Positions 43,204-56,999 are shown, numbered from the stretch's first letter. The stretch is DNA of 64,000 nt from Eledone cirrhosa (GCA_964016885.1 OZ024740.1:332134001-332198000); one strand, 5' to 3'. The notes: a model not told the origin generated them from the letters alone. Made by a program: numbers and translations.

Positions 43204-44002
43204 TTAAAGTACCCTAGTAGTTAAAACACTAAAACACTAACTGATTGACCTCGCAATAGAGTGTAAGTTATCTTCTATTTAGAAAGTTGCCAGTGACTTC
43301 GAAGTTTTAATTTGATTGCTTCATCTAGCGTCTATATATAATGCTAAAATATATCGTAGTGTTAATAATTCCCAAGATTTCCTATTCTGGAAGATTACCT
43401 TTTTTTCTCATTGTCATTGCTTTTCCACAAAATATATGTGCCTCTATTGCGTGAACATCTTATATTAATATCTCTATTGGGAAATAATGACCTTCGGTTA
43501 TAATTTTAATATTTAAGTGATTTTAAGTTAAATAGATTGGACATTTTTCTATTCAAAAACACTAGTTTATTGACATCCATAATTTCAACGCAATGGCTAT
43601 TTTTTAAAAGCATTATTATTATTATTATTTTGTTTCTTCCTTCTTGCTAATACTTTATTGGTAATATTTTTGTTGTTGGCATTACTATAGCGTTTTTATT
43701 TTTATTATGAAATGTTCATATTTCAAAAATGTGACTAACATATAATGATTTCTTTATTTGCAGTGACGGCATATAAAAATGGGAAATAAAGTGCTTATGC
43801 ATAATTTATAAACTTCCATTGACTTTTGAGTAGATCGTGCTTTAAGGGTTGATCAAATGCTGACGAGGCATTTTTACAAACTAAATTGATTTCTCTTAAG
43901 AGAAAGTATCCTCATTTTGGTAATGTGTAGCTGACAATTTTGATATTGTGCTCCAGACAGTTCCACTTAAGTCTCTTGCATAGCTTAACATATGAGAATA
44001 AT

Positions 44003-44037
<35 letters not shown>

Positions 44038-44098
44038 GGTTTGGTTTGGTTTGGTTTGGTATTTGAAATAGAGAAAGTGTGTGTGTAAATGAGTGTGT

Positions 44099-44204
<106 letters not shown>

Positions 44205-45627
44205 GGGTATGTAAAGAGTATTAATGTATGACGTATTATTGATGATAAATGCATCAGATAATCGATCTAGAGATGCTGCATCCAGTAAATCATCATAAAA
44301 CCTATCGACCTCTAACAATGTTTCTTATGTCGTCTAGATATATTGGTAAACTTTATCGAACAATTCAAAAGATCAACATTATATCTACATGTTTCCCTCC
44401 GCTCGTCTTTCATTCCTTCACGTTCATACACTTCCTTTAAAACAATAATACTAAAATAAATGATGCATATAACAATGACACAAGACTACTTTCACTTGCA
44501 TAAATTATCATTTACAGTCGGGAAATCATTTGATCGAATATAATATATCGTTTTAAAGTATTTTATGCTTTCTAGATATGTAATACTAAGATTATATGGT
44601 TCCCCAGTTGGAACTTTTGATAATCACATTGCTGTAAAATACATATATATTTGAAAAAATAACGCTTTTTCAAGGATCAGTGAGACTACCGAATAACATT
44701 ATAAGCAGGTGTTTCATTCGTTGAGAATTTGCTGCATGAATGTTAATAGAAATAACATCTTGAGTTATCTAAAATCAAAATCAGTTGCAGGATTTTTGAA
44801 AGAAAGACACCAATGAAATGGAACATTTAGGAAGTATATTATATTCATATTGCAACACATATTACAAATATATTCTATATACAAAGCAGGAAATATATAA
44901 CTACATGCAATGATAAAATGAGCCGTGGAATGAACCAGGCAATTACCATAGTATTCGCTGTAGTGTAGCAAACTGAATAAAACTAATTTCTTCATCATAA
45001 ATTCAATAAATGGACATTTACGAATGGTAATTTCAGTGTGCTTAACCTAGTGGCAAGAACGGTATAGAGATTCCGGTGGATATGGATATCACATTTGTCC
45101 CCCATATATGTGTATGTGTGTGCGCGCGCGCGCGTGTGTTTGTGTTGAGCGCGCCGCACAATAACATTCGTACATTCATAAAATTTCATTCTCATTCTAA
45201 GTTTTATTAGTCTTTAATGCAAATTAATTATTTTCAGCTAAAATTAAGGAAAGGAAAGTAGTCTATCCTCAGATTGGACCAGAGAAACAATGTAGTTATT
45301 TCTCATGCCATTGCTGTGATTATCAGCCGCTCGAAACTTCAGCCAGAAAGGAGCAGGTTTTGGATAAAGAATGTACAGAAAGTAATCATATTCCGCCAAT
45401 CCACCGCCATACTCTACTACGCGATGTATCGAGACCTCTGTTGTATAATGGAAAACCTCGTTTAAAACTGGTTCTCTCCTGATATATATATATACATATC
45501 AATATATACATTAGTCGAAGTTGTTTTTCAATACTGTAACGATTATTTTGTAACTATGAAGGTATGTGTGTGTATATATATATATATAAATGTAAGTATG
45601 CACACGTACACACACACACACATACAC

Positions 45628-45661
<34 letters not shown>

Positions 45662-45821
45662 GTGTGCATACAGACACATATGTAAATATACATATGTACG
45701 TATGGGTTATATCGAACATTAATAATAATGTTCGATTCGTTTGTAAACAACGGCCCGATTTGAAGCTGTGCCGTACCCGTGACCGATTATCGCCTGTTTG
45801 TTCAACACAGGCTTTGAGGAA

Positions 45822-45862
45822 CAATCAACATGTTTCTGGGACATTACCCTTCATCAGGACTG
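45822..45862 (-). ncRNA. Minimal type I hammerhead in a fold-back element (about 45585-46105)
   Basis: CAGTC CTGATGA a GGG..CCC a GAAACATGT T^GATTG. The inverted partial copy at about 45992-46105 retains GAAACATGTT. Confidence 0.8.
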
Positions 45863-46105
45863 TATACATCTGCCAGTCTGTTAACCGGTTGAATATTTAT
45901 CGTATCTCCTTAAGTACATATCTGCTGAGTAGCCTCATTTGCATACCGACCGAGTTACGGCTGGCCTTGCCGAATATTAAAAATAACATTAGAATGGTAA
46001 TGACCCTGAAACATGTTAATTGTTCCTCAAAGCCAGTGTTGAACAAACAGGTGTCAATCGGTCACCCGCACGACACAGATTTAACTCGGCCGTTTGTTTA
46101 CAAAC

Positions 46106-46210
46106 CGCCGAGGTTAACTTTGCCTTTCATCCTTACGGGGTCGATAAAATAAAGTACCAGTAAAACATTGGGTAATTGCTGGCCTTGTGCCAACAGTAGA
46201 AACAATTATT
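46106..46210 (+). mobile_element. tRNA-derived SINE, 5'-truncated
   Basis: ccgccgaggttaactttgcctttcatccttacggggtcgataaaataaagtaccag. Confidence 0.85.
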
Positions 46211-46247
46211 AAAATTGTCGATCCCATATGTACATAGAATATATATG

Positions 46248-46314
<67 letters not shown>

Positions 46315-46319
<5 letters not shown>

Positions 46320-46895
46320 ATACTTTGGGAGGGTCATGTTGCCAATAATAAACACACGCACCAGTAACTTTCACTTCAATTTATTATAATACATTTATAA
46401 ATTTAGGAATTTATAAATTTCCGGTTGGTTGGTTGGTTGGTTCCACAACCAGATAGTTGTTTATATATTGTCAAAGTTCTTTCGTCACACATTATGTGAC
46501 CTCTTCAGTGACCGGCTGTTCTTTTCTTTGTTTTTGTGCCTCTCTTTTGTTCTGTCCTACGCCATTTTGTTTCTGTGTGTGTTGTGTGCTCAGTCTGCGC
46601 ATGCGCCACATCCGGGTGTCTGTGTGTGTTAATATTCGTTTATTTATTTGTTTATTTACATGTTACGGGTTGGTTGTTTGTTCTATGTGCGTGTGTTTTC
46701 ATTTTGTCCTGAATTGTAAGTTGTGATGTTGCTGTACACTCATATTTTCTATTTAATTTTGGTTGTAATTCTTTTATGTTTATTGCCTCTGTTATTTGTC
46801 TAAACATTGCGTCTTTTCTGTGTGTAGATTCTATTTTTATTTCTATGTTCTCTAATTTACCCTTATGTTCTATTTTAGCATGTTGGTAGAGTACA
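46315..46895 (-). mobile_element. Non-coding Penelope-type terminal repeat with a hammerhead at 46470-46512
   Basis: Homologous to 47519-48085; GTCA CTGAAGA G GTCAC..GTGAC GAAAGAACT T^TGAC; (TA)n flanks. Confidence 0.8.
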
Positions 46896-47160
46896 GATGA
46901 TATATATATATATATATTTATGTATATATATACATATATACTACATGTATATATATACTACTGTGCGTCTGTACACATATATGTATGTACGTATACATAC
47001 TTACATTTAAGTATCAGCCGTACTAAGAGTGAGAAATGAAATTTCGTTTCATTCTTTTCGCCCGGCCGACTAACTCACTCGATATGCAAATTAGGCTGCT
47101 CAGCCGTTAATATGCATAAGTATAACTTTCAAACGTTCAATCATCTGACAGGAAGGTATA

Positions 47161-47201
47161 CGATGCTGACGAAAGCTAATAAGCTTGAAACTAGTACATC
47201 G
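47161..47201 (+). ncRNA. Intact minimal type I hammerhead in a roughly 408 nt unit element (about 46955-47415)
   Basis: CGATG CTGACGA AAGCT aata AGCTT GAAACTAGT A^CATCG; stems I and II pair fully and stem III is the palindrome ACTAGT. Confidence 0.9.
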
Positions 47202-47416
47202 TTCTTGTGTCAGTGTTGAACAAAAGGGCGACGATGGTTGCCGAACACTGTACGGCGTAATTCGGGCTGTTTGTTTACAAACAAACCAATCATTATAATA
47301 AATGTTCGGCAAACCCATACGTACATATATATATGTGTGCATGTATGTATATATATATATACATACTACTGTGCGTCTGTATACATATATGTATGTACGT
47401 ATACATACTTACATAT

Positions 47417-47464
<48 letters not shown>

Positions 47465-47518
47465 TTTCTGAATTTGTTTAGCAAGATTCTTTATCTGAAA
47501 TCGTGTGTTGAAACCGAT

Positions 47519-48376
47519 ATTGTTATACTTTGGGAGGGTCATGTTGCCAATAAGAAACACACGCACCAGTTGCTTTCACTTCAATTTAATTTATTAAATA
47601 TTTATAAATTTACAAATTTATAAATTTCTGGTTGGTTGGTTGGTTCCACAACCAGATAGTTGTTTATATATATATAGTCATAGTTCTTTCGTCACACACT
47701 CTGTGACCTCTTCAGTGACTGGGGATTTCTTTCTTCGTTTCTGTGCCTTTCCTTTCTTCTATCCTACACCATTTTGTTTGTGTGTGGGTTGCGTGCTCAG
47801 TTTGCGCATGCGCCACATCCGGGTGTCTGTGTGTGTGTTTGTGTTCATTTTTCTATTTTTCTATTTATATTTTTTTATATTTTTTTATATTTTTATTTTT
47901 TTTTATTTTTTTTTATTTGTTTGTTTATTTATTTATTTATTGTTGGTTGGTTGTTTGTTCTATGTGTGTGTGTGTTTTCATTTTGTGTGTGTTTTCAATT
48001 GTAAGTTGTTTGTTCGATGTGTGTGTGTGTTTTCATTTTGTCCTTAATTGTAAGTTGTGATGTTGCTGTTCCACTCATATTTTCTATGCGCATGCGCAAA
48101 CTGAGCACGCAACCCACACACAAACAAAATGGCGTAGGATAGAAGAAAGGAAAGGCACAGAAACGAAGAAAGAAATCCCCAGTCACTGAAGAGGTCACAG
48201 AGTGTGTGACGAAAGAACTATGACTATATATATATAAACAACTATCTGGTTGTGGAACCAACCAACCAACCAGAAATTTATAAATTTGTAAATTTATAAA
48301 TATTTAATAAATTAAATTGAAGTGAAAGCAACTGGTGCGTGTGTTTCTTATTGGCAACATGACCCTCCCAAAGTAT

Positions 48377-48381
<5 letters not shown>
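47519..48381. mobile_element. Fold-back element with roughly 295 bp inverted arms, each carrying a hammerhead (47676-47720 minus, 48181-48225 plus)
   Basis: Arms 47519-47813 and 48087-48381 are nearly identical; AGTCA CTGAAGA G GTCAC..GTGAC GAAAGAACT A^TGACT. Confidence 0.9.
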
Positions 48382-48430
<49 letters not shown>

Positions 48431-48432
48431 CC

Positions 48433-48514
<82 letters not shown>

Positions 48515-48516
<2 letters not shown>

Positions 48517-48900
48517 CAGAGGTTATATTTAATTTGTTGGGATTCAACAAGCTTAAACATTTTTATAACTGATATAAAGCACTCAACAGCTTAGTGGAGT
48601 AAATATACAATATATTAACGAATTTTGAAACTATATTTATAAAAGCATATTTATTTTATTATACATATTTCAAGGGCCACCAAGGCAAATTATGGTCCGC
48701 CTTCATCAGAATTGACATACCCTGAAAGAAGACAACCTTAACGTTTGGAGCTTCCTGGATTTATTTATTTATAAAACAAATCTGTATTGTATTTTATCTG
48801 ATGAAAGCGCACCATAATTTGGCTTGGTGGCCCTTGAAATTTGTATAATAAAATATATATGGTTTTATAAATATAGTTTCCATTTGTTAAAATATTGTAT
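48515..48900. mobile_element. Fold-back element with hammerhead-like motifs in both arms
   Basis: About 48607-48710 is inverted at about 48797-48900; CTGATGA..GAAAT; same family as 50106-50560. Confidence 0.8.
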
Positions 48901-49204
48901 ATATATATATAAATGAAAGGTATAGAAAATATTATAGCAAAAAGCCAACAGTATTCCATAATATATAAGTGTCTATAGCGTCAAAATGGGAAAAATAGTT
49001 AACGTAAGATGTGGGAAAAATAATTCAAACTCAACTCAAAAAGAATCAGGATATAGATTCATCCTACAGAATTTAGTGAAATCCAGGGAAAAATCAATTG
49101 CGCCTTAACTCATGATAAAATAAAGTTTGAAATACTCATCCTTCAATTTGGAAAAACTTCAAATGCTCTGTATAGTTTTGAAGACTATATCACGAAAACT
49201 TTCA

Positions 49205-49272
<68 letters not shown>

Positions 49273-49334
49273 TTATATAATATTCAAATATAAATATTAA
49301 TAAAATAGATGTTCTTTTGATCAATTACATTTTA

Positions 49335-49380
49335 TTATACATATTTCGGATGTGCAATAGTACGTCCTCATCAGACAAAA
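49335..49380 (-). ncRNA. Hammerhead-like motif, same family as the 48.8 kb and 50.4 kb motifs
   Basis: attttgt CTGATGA GGACGTAC tatt GCACATCC GAAATATGTA; stem I register unclear. Confidence 0.65.
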
Positions 49381-50041
49381 TATAATGATACATGACATAC
49401 CCTGAGATGTTAAATGGTTAAGATTTAATCTATTTTCTTAATATTTATATTTTAATATTAATAACTCCGGAAAATTATTTTTTCGTAGAGTGCTTCCAAT
49501 CTACTGTAAAACTCATTCTTTGACATACTCATTGAATATTGTTTAACACTTTAATATATATTTATATATATATATTTCAATTACAACACAAAATAATTAT
49601 TTCACTACCGAATGCTTCGAGAAAATAGATATATATAGTTATATATAGTTATATATGTGTCAGTGTAAGTGCGCATGTATGTATTTGCATATATATGTAC
49701 GAATGTGTAAGTGCGTGGGTATGTGCTTATATATGTATGTGTTTATATATATACATATACATTTATTATTTTCCCCTTTACATATACTTCCGTTATTTTA
49801 TTTCAGCCTCGCTTTCAATTGTTCTCGACTTTGTTTTGAAATCCATATCTCACATTCATTTAAAATAAATTTTCATTCTGACGACCAAAGTCAGACGTCT
49901 GTGTCAGGCTCGTCTGTCTTCGTGAAACCTTTGGTAAATGAAATAATTATCTTATGTTGTTTATTTCTAACTAAAAAGCTCTGTAGTCTACATAGAGCAC
50001 TCTCTTTTCCTTTACCTTTCCTACGGAAACACTTCATATAT

Positions 50042-50105
<64 letters not shown>

Positions 50106-50106
<1 letters not shown>

Positions 50107-50560
50107 GATATTAAACAAATGGAAACTATATTTATAAAACCATATTTATTTCGTTATATATATTTCTGGGATATCATATTAAAAATATGTTATGCCTTCC
50201 TCAGACTCCTATTGTATTTACAATACATAAGCTGTTATATAAATAATTAGTGACATACCTTTTGAGAATGCAACTTCCTTTTAAAAAAGTTGATTTTTTA
50301 AAAGGAAGTTGCATTCTCAAAAGGTATGTCACTAATTATTTATAAAACAGCTTATGTATTGTATTTTGTCTGAGGAAGGCATAACATATTTTTAATATGA
50401 TATCCCAGAAATATATATAACGAAATAAATATGGTTTTATAAATATAGTTTCCATTTGTTTAATATCGTAAACCTACTCCAGAAACTGTCGAGTGCTTTT
50501 ATATCAGTTATAAAATATTTACTCGTTGTAACCCAACAATCTTAAATAAAACTTTTGCAT
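50106..50560. mobile_element. Near-perfect palindromic element (arms about 180 bp, centre about 50291) with hammerhead-like motifs
   Basis: 50106-50288 versus 50295-50470; CTGAGGA..GAAATATATA at 50370-50417; (TA)n flanks. Confidence 0.88.
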
Positions 50561-50644
50561 ATATATAACTTCATCGTTACAAAGTAATCGTTACAAGAAT
50601 ATTAAAATACATCTTCGACTAATGTATATAACGATAGGCAAATA

Positions 50645-50725
50645 CAGTGAAATTTCGTTATAACGAAATTCGCGGGGAATAAAAAACTCGTTGAAACGAA
50701 TAATTATTTATAACGAGTTCGACTG
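50645..50725. mobile_element. pogo/Tigger-like MITE remnant
   Basis: TA|CAGTGAAATTTCGTTATAA ... TTATAACGAGTTCGACTG. Confidence 0.6.
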
Positions 50726-51739
50726 AAACAAATCGAACGTTTATTTGTTAATACCTCGGGGATTAAAATGATTTAGTTGGTCTGAAAAATTCGTTGTAAC
50801 GGAATTATGCCAGTAAATGCCCTGATCCCCAATATCATCACTATTAACAAGTATTTTGTTCTGAAATGTTAGTTTAAAGTTTAAACTTCAAACAATGAAC
50901 AACCGCATTCAGACAGATAAAAGGGAAAAAAAACAAATTTCACACATCACGCGCACGAATACACATACATATATATTGATACATATGTACTCTGTTTTTA
51001 AACTTACATACAAACATACGTTACATTCACACATACAATCATAGACGAAGAGATACAAATATGCTTATCGACCAGAAAAAAAGAATCGGGTCAGAGACAG
51101 TACAATGAATGTATCCAGTCATCAAGAATAGTGGTTTAAAAAGTTAGTTAAGTTATGCTCAAACACACACAGACACATACACATACGCACGCACATACAC
51201 ATAGGCACATACAAACGCATTGATATTCCAACTCACACACATATGCACATGTAGGCAGATACACGAACATACACACAGGCACGTACTGATATATTCATCA
51301 CTAGACATATGTATAGACACAACAGGAAATACATATTCATTGACTGATTGCTACACACATACACATATATATACACAAACACAAACATACACACATACGT
51401 ACGCATATACATACTTATATACATACATACTTGTTTAAACCACCACCTGGTCCTTTGTATCTTTCAAAGCGGTGTCTGCTTTGAAACTACTTGACTAAAT
51501 AGTTAAAAGCTACTTACTTTTACTGTCCCCAAATTTCATACCGAGGCGTTGTTCAATTGATGTATGCATTCTTAATCCCTATCTGAAAAGTTGTTTAAGC
51601 AAAGTACAAACACACACGCACACACATACCAACACCCATCCCTACATTCATGAGCATCACATATCCCCCAGTCACTTTTAAATATACTCTTACAAACGTA
51701 ATATATATATATTAGATTTTATTAATTTACTTGTTTCAA

Positions 51740-52322
51740 TCGCCGTTTCCACGAGGCTTGGCGTCCGGATCTGCGAGTCACACAAATGACGCTGCGGACT
51801 CATTCGGCCTCAACCCGCTTTCCTTATGCTACAGTGCCGGCCGTCTCCACGCTATACTGCCCTCAACGAGGTCATAAAGCATGGCTTGGATGCTGCAGGC
51901 TTTCCCTCCCAGCTCTAGCAGGTGCGGCTGGACTGAAGAGACGGCAAACGGCCAGACGGCATGACCATATTCCCGTTCCGCGGTGGCACATTCCATCGTC
52001 TGGGATGCCACTTGCAACGACACTTTCTCCAGCCGCAATCCGGTACAGTCTGCGACTAACCCAGTTTCTGCTGTACTTCAGGCTGAGGAGTACAAATTCT
52101 CATTGTACCGACAGGTTCGTGATCGTGCCCTTGGCAGTGGAGGTTTCCGGTGTCCTTGGCCCTAGGGCTACCTCCCTACTCACCACCATAGGCGCTGAAC
52201 TAACCAGCCGCAGGTGTGAGCCTCGCGAGATGGAATGGCTCTTCCAGCGCATCTCCCTTACCATCATTCGGGGAAACGCCTTCTCCATTCTGTGTGCTGG
52301 GACTGTGGGGCGGCCAGCATGA
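51740..52322 (+). mobile_element. CRE-like non-LTR retrotransposon 3' end (zinc-knuckle remnant + restriction-like endonuclease)
   Basis: Across frameshifts: LGVRICESH..CG...SAGR...ALNEVIK..L..AG.PS...DGKRPDGMTIFP..IVWDATC.DT...AVE.SGVLGP...WLFQRISL.I.RGNA. Confidence 0.82.
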
Positions 52323-52424
52323 GGGATCTCATTTGCTCTCAATACAGAGAGATGGAGGAGAGTGAGAGAGATGGAGGCGATGACAGTGGGAGTCAACTCC
52401 TTATTATATATATATATATATATA

Positions 52425-52803
52425 TATACAAATTAAAATGAAGAATTAGAAATAGAAGCCAGGACTATCCATCATCAGTGTTCTACTAGCCATATAGGTA
52501 TTTCTTCGCATTAAAGACCAGATACCTCAGGCTAGCGCGAACAATAACTAAAATAAGTTATTGGGATAAAAAGAATTGGGTGGAGAAAGAGGGACAGGTA
52601 AACAAAAACGAATGGTGAGGCAACCTAAAGAGAGGATCTTTCTCCTCCCTATTCTTTTTATCCCAATAACTTATTTTAGTTATTGTTCGCGCTAGCCTGA
52701 GGTATCTGGTCTTTAATGCGAAGAAATACCTATGCTGGCTAGTAGACCACTGATGATGGATAGTCCTGTTTCTATTTATAATTCTCTATTTTAATTTGTA
52801 TAT
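52425..52803. repeat. Fold-back element, roughly 150 bp inverted arms, in TA context
   Basis: 52425-52576 versus 52650-52803, with a purine/pyrimidine spacer. Confidence 0.88.
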
Positions 52804-53059
52804 CACATATGCAACAACACAGCACGCCATTTTTCGTTCCTATATATATATATTCTCGGTAGAGCTGTGCGGACAGGAAGTAATTGTTGACACTGTTAGA
52901 TCTTACTATTCAATGATGTAGCTACAACGAAGCGAGTAATTAACGCCTCTTAAAAATACTAGGCTTCGCCGATGACTAGCTCGAATAAAACAAACAAAAC
53001 ACTGCAATGGGGCCGGAAATAAAGAAAAACATCCATACCGTTCTCTGTGTAAAATGGTT

Positions 53060-53256
53060 TCTTATATAGGTACAAGGTCAGCAATTGTGGAGGAGGGGTA
53101 AGTCGATTAAATCGACCCAGTTCGTGACTGGTACTTTTATCGACCCCGTAAGGATGAAAAGCAAAGTTAACCTCGGCGGGATTTGAACTCAGATCATAAA
53201 GAGCCATAACTCTATGCTACAAAGCATGGCATCTGACCCTCTACCGATACTGCCAA
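53060..53256 (-). mobile_element. tRNA-derived SINE
   Basis: Same head and core as the other copies, with a longer 3' part. Confidence 0.88.
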
Positions 53257-53299
53257 AATAGTGGCCCGTCCTGTAAATTTGGATTGAGGTTGGAAAGTC

Positions 53300-54289
53300 C
53301 AATATTCAGCTGTGGCGACAGATAATACAGCACAGGTGGTAATTGGGATACTCACAAGCTCCCGGATGTCAGAATACGTTAATGATTGGATCACATTAGG
53401 AGAGAGGATTTGCCTCTGGAAGCTTAGGCTGAAAGAAATGTCTCTGTGGGTGGTGGTATGTTATGCACCCAAAAGAGAGCCCAAATACAGATCTTTCCTT
53501 CATGAACTCACATAAGCTTTAAACGTAGTTAAGATTGAGTCATATAAACTTATGGGGGACTACAATGCACATGTTGGCACTGACTATGACATGGAAAGGA
53601 TTGATTGGAAGGATCGATCATCCCGATCTAAATACGATAAAAGGAGCCTTATTTGACTTCGATTCTAGGAATGGTCCTTCTATTATGAACAACCTACTCT
53701 TGGATCGATGGGCAGATTCTTGTTGCACTGATGTCTCTATGCGAATACCCTAGTATTTATTATCCAGATAAATGGCTTTAAGTCGAAACTATTCAATGTG
53801 AGTGTTGAACTGCGTAGAGTCACTTTACCTGTTCATAATCTTCATGGACAGGATTGACATGCGCAGAGAGGTTGGATGTGGCATAAAGACAGGCAGCTGT
53901 ATAATCAGTCAGCTGCAATTTGCGGAGGATATGATACTAATTAACATACCAGAAGTACGACTTAGCATGCACTTGTTAGGTTTGCTGCCAGGTGCTGCAC
54001 AGCTGAAATGATAAAACAGTGCCTCGAAGTCTGAGACACTTGTCCTCTGAAGGAACCGTGCACTTTACATGTGATTGGATACTGGCGAAGGTGGAGACGT
54101 TGAAATATCTCAATCTCGTGTCCAAGTGTGATGGAAGGCTGCATTTTGTGCAGAGGTGAGTGCATTAATATGCCAGTAATACAGATCTGTTGGCAACGGT
54201 TGCTTCTGAGAAGATGCGCTATAATGTGTGTTTGAGGACTCTGGCCCCACGACTCTCCAGGAATAAGAGACCGAAGAGGAAGAAAGATA

Positions 54290-54290
<1 letters not shown>
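53300..54290 (+). mobile_element. Decayed RTE-like LINE (AP endonuclease and RT remnants)
   Basis: ERI..L.L...VVVCYAP, GDYNAHVG, LF.IFMDRI...LQFA.D in broken frames. Confidence 0.7.
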
Positions 54291-54337
<47 letters not shown>

Positions 54338-54594
54338 GTGTGTGTGTATATGTGTGCGTGTGTCTGTGTCTGTGTGTATCTGTGTGTGTGTGTATATATA
54401 TGTGTATAAGACAGTCTTCAGCAGTTTCCGTTTAAAAATCCGTCTCAAGGCACTGGTCAACCACCATGATTGCTTTGAAAATTGTTCCCATTTGTCACTT
54501 GAATAACAAGTTAAAAATTACATACGTTGCGTACTTTTACCACCTCGAAATGTATTACATGTGTGTGTACGTATGAGTGTAATTATACGGAATG

Positions 54595-54714
<120 letters not shown>

Positions 54715-54995
54715 AATATATGTATAGTTCAAGAAGACAACAAATAGAGGTACAAAAGTCTTATTAGTTTCACGCTTTATATTGGAAGGAGGAAAGAAAG
54801 TTCGACGTGTCGGGCTTAAGCCCCTCTTCAGGAGTACAAAATAAAGACAGGATCACGATGGAGAAACAGAAGAAATATTCAGTAAAGTCCCATAAAAAGC
54901 GAAATTGAAGAGGATATGACTGCATGTGTGGGTAGAAAAAGTCAGGAAGAAAGAACTGGAGACATTCTTAATTGTATAGAAGATATATTACATAC

Positions 54996-55157
54996 CGTAG
55001 TCCAATTTCCCTCTGCTACCGGGCACCTCACCCGGTCCACTTCCTCAGAGATCCGTAGAAAATGTTGTAGATGCGGATTATCAGGGTCAAGTAGTTGAAA
55101 GCCTGTTAAGTTTACACCGCCGTATTTTAGCCTCTCAAGTGGAAGATTAATGAATCC
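54996..55157 (-). CDS. AMPA-type ionotropic glutamate receptor, internal exon (amino-terminal LIVBP-like domain)
   Basis: Acceptor ttattatatttacag, donor gtatgt; 162 nt, phase 0-0. Encodes GFINLPLERLKYGGVNLTGFQLLDPDNPHLQHFLRISEEVDRVRCPVAEGNWTT, resembling GluA GF..GGANVSGFQIVD (recognised from memory of the family). Confidence 0.9.
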
Positions 55158-56999
55158 CTGTAAATATAATAAATAATCTACATCAATAACTTTCGAAGCA
55201 TAACTGTTTAAACATAGTTTATAGACAAAGATACTTAAAGCTGGTGGAATATAATTATCAAAATGAAGTAGAAACAATGAATACTTTCGTTGAGTATATT
55301 CTCCTAAACCGTAGAAACGTTCAATTTAATCTTAGTTTCATTACGAATGCAATGTTCTATGTATTATAAATTATTGTCTGGTTATTAAGTGTCCAAACAA
55401 TTATAACAAAATCGTGTCTGTCTTCAATGACGATAGAAACAATTACTTTAAAATCACAACGGTTACAATAAATATATTTAATGCGTAGTCTGATAAAATC
55501 ATTAACCTTTGAGGAAGTATATAGCAGGAAAAAGAGAAACCGATCTTTAGATATGGTAAACGAAATTATATCGCCATTGGCGTTGCCATTGCTGATTCTC
55601 ACTGTAGTTCAAAACTCATGTAAGAAAATGACTTGATTTGAACTCGCAACTCACAAAACCAGATCAGATACCGCAACATATCACGCTCGACTCTTTAACC
55701 ATTTCGTCAAACCCTCGACCCTGGAAATGCAATGTATTATTTATCAACCCCGAAAGATGAAATACGAAGATAATCATAACGAAATTTGAATTCTGTATGT
55801 AAAGAGCCGAAATAAATACCGGGCCATTTCATCCAACGCTCTAATGACTACCAAATGACAGCCTTATAATAAACAACTATTTAACGAGTGTAGCAAAATG
55901 GGGATATCATTTAGAGGCTTACATTAGCAAGAAATGAATAAAAACAAATTTTAAAAATTGAGGAACACCAAAATAATTCGTCTCTGTTCTTATCATCACT
56001 CATGCTCTGTCTATCCACATCGCTAAATCTCACTCAACTTAGAACTCCCCATTTGCTCATGACTCTCCAAAAGGAATTGACTTGTAACTGTTGACGTGAA
56101 CATATACTCCAACCTCTCTGGTATCGGAGGGCTTGCAAAGGTTATAGGCAGAAAACTTGCCTACAGACTTACAAATAAAGAATATGTATAAAACAGACGA
56201 AATATCGAGAAGGATATCACAAGTATTTGATTTATATATATATGATTTATCTATTAGACACGCAGTTTTAGAATGTTTTAAGTCTGCGTGTTCTGACATA
56301 TATGCGTAGCTTGGGAATAAAAATTTCAAGGGGCATTACTGGCCGTGGTGATCCCTCCCAAACATGTTTTGTAATGTATCGTCTTATTGGCTAATTTCAT
56401 CGTCTTATTGGCTAATCAACCAATGAGAGTAATTGTTGCTCAAAAGCATCCGCCACTTTGTTTGCACGTTTATTTATCGTTTCGCTTTCGAATCTTTCTC
56501 CTGTATTTCGTCGTTTATCATCAAAATATGTTTCTCGTTTTGGTAAGTTATATTGTTAATTTATATATTATTTTTTAAATTTATAATAACTATTTATTTT
56601 TTCAGTTCCTTATAACATGCTTATACTATTGGTTGTATCATATTTACTTGTATATTTGTCCATATTATTGTTCGTTTTATGTTAGATTATTTTATTATTA
56701 TTATGTTACATTATTTTTTTATTATTATGTTAGACTATTTGTATGTAATATTTATTTAGTTTTTATTAATTCAACTATAACAGTTATTATGTAAAATATA
56801 TTTATTTAATATTGATTGTTTTTTGTAGTTGTTTATATTAAAAGTCTGAAACTATTTTTATACATCTTACAATAATATTTATAAGATCATTTATAAAATA
56901 ACAATTATATAATCTAATTACATTACAACGATAATTTATTATTAATATATATCATGTTTAACTAGAGTTATTACAAGCGTTGCCTTAAAAAATATTAAA

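Noticed and set aside
45713-45987. Apparent 258 bp terminal repeat in the 45.7 kb element
   Set aside because: The match is short and AT-rich and conflicts with the 408 bp period of the related 47 kb copy.
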